Positions 60,749 to 64,000 of a stretch of DNA of 64,000 bases are shown piece by piece. The position numbers and the translations under genes are program-made. The notes under the pieces are model-generated. The model worked only from the letters and a program-made list of their open reading frames with translations, did not search any database and was not told the DNA's origin. Position 1 is the first letter of the stretch. Each line of letters opens with the position of its first letter. The stretch is from positions 2,359,320 through 2,423,319 of the forward strand of contig ML992501.1 of assembly GCA_010093995.1 (NCBI GenBank), given 5' to 3'. Source of the stretch: Elsinoe ampelina. Its lineage: Eukaryota.

Positions 60749-62343
60749 ATGTCTACCCTCCCTATGGCCGTCTACGGCCTCGAAGTCCCTGCTGGAGATG
60801 TCGCCATCCCCGCTATTGTCGACATCCCCGCTGCGGTCAGTGAGATATCGTGAAGACCCTGGATCTGTAACTGACCTTATGCAGTTCCGCATTACTATGG
60901 CAGCCATTGATCCGACTGCTGAGCCCGAGGAGAGTGGTACCACACCAGGCGCAAAGCCCCGAGCTACCCTGAAGCTCATCCGTCAGCCCCTCCTCGCCGA
61001 CGACTACGACGAGGAAGACTCTGACTTTGACGCCGACGAGATGGACCGCCTGCTTGCTGAGGGAGACTCTGAGGAGGAAAGCGAGGATGATGAGGAGGTC
61101 AACGGTGGTCCTTCCGACCCGTCCAAGAGCAAGAAGGCTCGCAAGGCTGCTGCAGTTGCAGACCTCATCAAGTCGCTCAAGGATGGCGCTGAGGATGAGG
61201 AGATGGATGTTGACATCCCCAATGGAGTCAATGGCAAGGCCAAGGGAAAGGGAAAGGCCAAGATCGCCGCTACTGAGGAGGATGAGGACGAGGAGGACGA
61301 TGAGGAGGATAGTGATGACGACTCTTCCTTTGAGCCAGAAGAGTTTGTGCTGTGCACCCTTGATCCCGACAGCGTTCGTAATTCTTTTACCTACTCATAC
61401 AAGCGATACTAACAGCTAGTAGCACTACCAGCAGACTCTCGATATCACCATCGGTGAGGATGAGCGTGTCTGGTTCAAGGTCTCAGGTACCCACTCGATC
61501 TTCCTCACTGGCAACTATGTCGAGCCGGCCGACCCTCATGCCCATGGATATGACAGTGATGAGGACTCGGAAGACTACGACTCTGACGAGTATGACCTCA
61601 CCCCCGACGAGGACGAGATCGATGATGAGGACGAGCTTTCCGAGGATGAGCTTGATGACCTGCCCCGTGTCACCGAGGTTGACTCAGAAGAGGAGGCGCC
61701 TGAACTCGTGGCTCCCAAGAAAGGCAAGGATGCAAAGGGAAAGAACAAGCGCCCCGCCGAGGAGGAGGCCGAGCCTGCCACCCTCGACGAGATGATCTCC
61801 GCAGCTCAGACATCGGCAGTCAACGGCGACGCCAAGCTCAGCAAGAAGCAAGCAAAGAAGCTCAAGAACAACGAAGGCAAGGCCGTCGCCACCGAGGAGC
61901 CATCATCCGCAAAGTCCGACAAGAAGGTCTCCTTCGCCGAGAAGCTCGAGACCGGTCCCACCCCGTCCCCCGCCGGCAAGGACAAGGCCAGCGCCACCGG
62001 CCCCCGCGTTGTTCAGGGTGTAACAATCGACGTTAAGAAGGTCGGCTCGGGTGAAGAGGCCAAGAAGGGCGACCGCGTCGGCATGCGCTACATCGGCAAG
62101 TTCGTCAAGGACGGCAAAGTCTTCGACTCCAACAAGAAGGGCAAGCCATTCTCCTTCACCCTCGGCACCGGCCAAGTGATCAAGGGCTGGGACATTGGTA
62201 TCGCGGGCATCCGCGTCGGCGGCGAGCGTCGCATCACTGTCCCCGGCCACCTCGCCTACGGTTCTAAGGGCACCCCCGGCATCCCACCCAACGCCGCTCT
62301 GCAATTCGACGTCAAGGCTGTGTCGATTGACAAGAAGAAATAA
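60749..62343 (+). CDS. FPR4: Nucleolar FKBP (nucleoplasmin-like + acidic + PPIase), Fpr3/Fpr4 type
   Basis: MAVYGLEVP, FRITMAAIDP, LCTLD, LTGNY, acidic tracts, FKBP domain (RYIGK..VFDSN..VIKGWD..AYG). Two introns. Confidence 0.93.
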
Positions 62344-62754
62344 GCGCGTCGAGGACTGTGGCATTTTCTTAGCTCTGTGTCTTCACCTGGATGTACAGTA
62401 CAGATACCCGACTTGCACATTGTCGACCTGGAGGTGGTCGTCTGCACATCACTGCAGGGATGAAAGGTCTCTGTTTCGGCGTTCTCGAATCGAGAGGGTT
62501 TGCGATGCGGTCTTCGCTTTGTCGAGATGAGAATGGGGGATCAAGTGAAAAAGTTCTCCTTATGTATGTAGAGTATGGCAAATGCAAGATCTAGGGTCAC
62601 TCACGCAGCCTTCTGGAGTTCAGCATGTGTGATTTATCCTTATGCTTCTTGAATTGAATACATGAGCCCTTGAGAGGCTGTGCGTTTGTCATTAATTATT
62701 CGCTAAGCTATCCGCCATACTAATACACCGTCCGTGTCCAACGTGTCTCCGCCC

Positions 62755-64000
62755 TCAGACACCCTCGACCCTCGCTTTCTTCCCGTTCGTGCCATTGCTA
62801 TCAGCATCATCTAATTTCCGCTTCGACGATGCTGCCCCCTCAGCAGCCGCTGGCGCTGGCTTTGCTGGCTTCTTCTTTTTGATCAATCCGCTCAGATCAT
62901 TCGCACCTTTCGTGGCCTCAGCAATCCTCGCCTTCTGCTCCGCTGCAGACTCGCCGAGCAGCGAGCCGAGTATACCACCTATCGCATCTGCGTCAGGGGC
63001 ACCAGCCGGGCCACCGTTCGGAGCTGTCACTGGGCCTTTGAGATCGGTCAACTGGGATATGTTAGCTTTGCCGCTTAGCACGGGATTGGGAAGTGGACTC
63101 ACCCTCTGCTCGAGGTCTTGCACCATCTCAACGACTTCTTTGATGTTCTTCTCCTTCTTCGCCTTCTCATCACCCGTGGCGGACGCTAGCAGAGCCTTCT
63201 CCTTATCGACGCGCAATCGGCAGCTAGCGATTGCTTTCTCCATGTGCGACGCGGCTTCCTTACGCATCTCCTCGTCGACCTCTGGTGGCTTCTCCGCTCC
63301 TGCTTCGGCTGCTTCGCCTTCCTGTTCTGCCTTTCGTATCGATGCGAATTCCAGAGCCAGAGAGAGCTTGTAGTGTGCTTCTGCTAGTAAGCTGCTTTCT
63401 GGCGGGAACAATTTGAGCTTGAGATCTAGACCGGCTTGGAAGTCAGGGATAGCGTCTGAGAAGCGTTCACTCTCTAACCAGATTTCGGCTTGTAGGTCGT
63501 GGGTATCAGCGAGACGTTCCATGACGGACCGCTTTTCGGGACTGATTGTGTCTGATGCTGCGCTTTTGCCCTTGCCTGCTCCGTCTTGTTCCGCTTGATC
63601 AACGCCTTCCAATTGCCTCGTCAGAAGCACTCTGGCCAGATCCAGTACCTCGTATGCGTTGGCGAAATCGTCCTCCTCATCTTCCTGCTCCTCCTCGCCT
63701 TCGCCGTCTTCCTCTTCGCCTTCACTGTCTGTCCAGTTCTCGTCTCCGGTGATCTGGAAGAATGGTTTGCTTGCGTCGTCCGCCTTCTTCCCATTCGTCT
63801 GTCCTCCTTCTTTCTCCTCCACCACCGCTTCCACCACCTCCTCTGCTGTTTTCTCCTCGCCTGACTTGAGCGCATCGCTGCTCTGACCCTTGTCCACTTT
63901 GCGCTTCTTCTTCTTTGGCTCTTCATTTCCAGAGCCAGCTACTTTGCTCCCGAGCACATCTGATTTGCTGATCGCGACGTGGTACAAGCAGCGGCCGTAA
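62755..64000 (-). CDS. NASP/Sim3/Hif1-family histone chaperone (SHNi-TPR), 5' end outside the window
   Basis: YGRCLYHVA, FQITGDENW, EDDFANAYEVLDLARVL, LADTHDLQAEI.LE.ERF, AEAHYKLSLALEF, ANDLSGLIKKK. Confidence 0.9.
   Translation of the reverse strand, partial: YGRCLYHVAISKSDVLGSKVAGSGNEEPKKKKRKVDKGQSSDALKSGEEKTAEEVVEAVVEEKEGGQTNGKKADDASKPFFQITGDENWTDSEGEEEDGEGEEEQEDEEDDFANAYEVLDLARVLLTRQLEGVDQAEQDGAGKGKSAASDTISPEKRSVMERLADTHDLQAEIWLESERFSDAIPDFQAGLDLKLKLFPPESSLLAEAHYKLSLALEFASIRKAEQEGEAAEAGAEKPPEVDEEMRKEAASHMEKAIASCRLRVDKEKALLASATGDEKAKKEKNIKEVVEMVQDLEQRVSPLPNPVLSGKANISQLTDLKGPVTAPNGGPAGAPDADAIGGILGSLLGESAAEQKARIAEATKGANDLSGLIKKKKPAKPAPAAAEGAASSKRKLDDADSNGTNGKKARVEGV

Overview
Fungal (Pezizomycotina, probably Dothideomycete-like) genomic DNA with short spliceosomal introns and about 26 protein-coding genes. 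Housekeeping genes: FCF2, PNP1, GPN3, SAM synthetase, RAD3/XPD, PEX7, a PCI-domain protein, REV1, FPR4-type FKBP and a NASP/Sim3 histone chaperone. Signalling and accessory genes: a group X hybrid histidine kinase, two Pth11-like membrane proteins, an MFS permease, an O-methyltransferase-fold protein, a cupin, DUF1996, a GlcG-like protein, a NACHT protein and a small secreted protein. The AT-rich gap at 43.9-51.7 kb is one full-length, RIP-inactivated Tad-like LINE with a 14-bp target-site duplication, an (AATC)n tail, a 3' stem-loop and an unexplained ~1.8 kb 3' segment that may be a third ORF. Main findings: (1) two structurally unrelated sedoheptulose-bisphosphatase-type genes (SHB17-like and FBPase-fold SBPase-like) head-to-head across 267 bp, next to an F-box-like/NACHT pair; (2) a tandem pair of MUG113/T5orf172 genes, one missing from the ORF track; (3) an intronic box C/D snoRNA in FCF2 predicted to guide 25S Am2256; (4) an OMT-fold protein lacking the catalytic His/Glu; (5) recurrent strand-symmetric C-rich to G-rich switches inside genes. 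All calls come from reading motifs by eye; no database searches were run.
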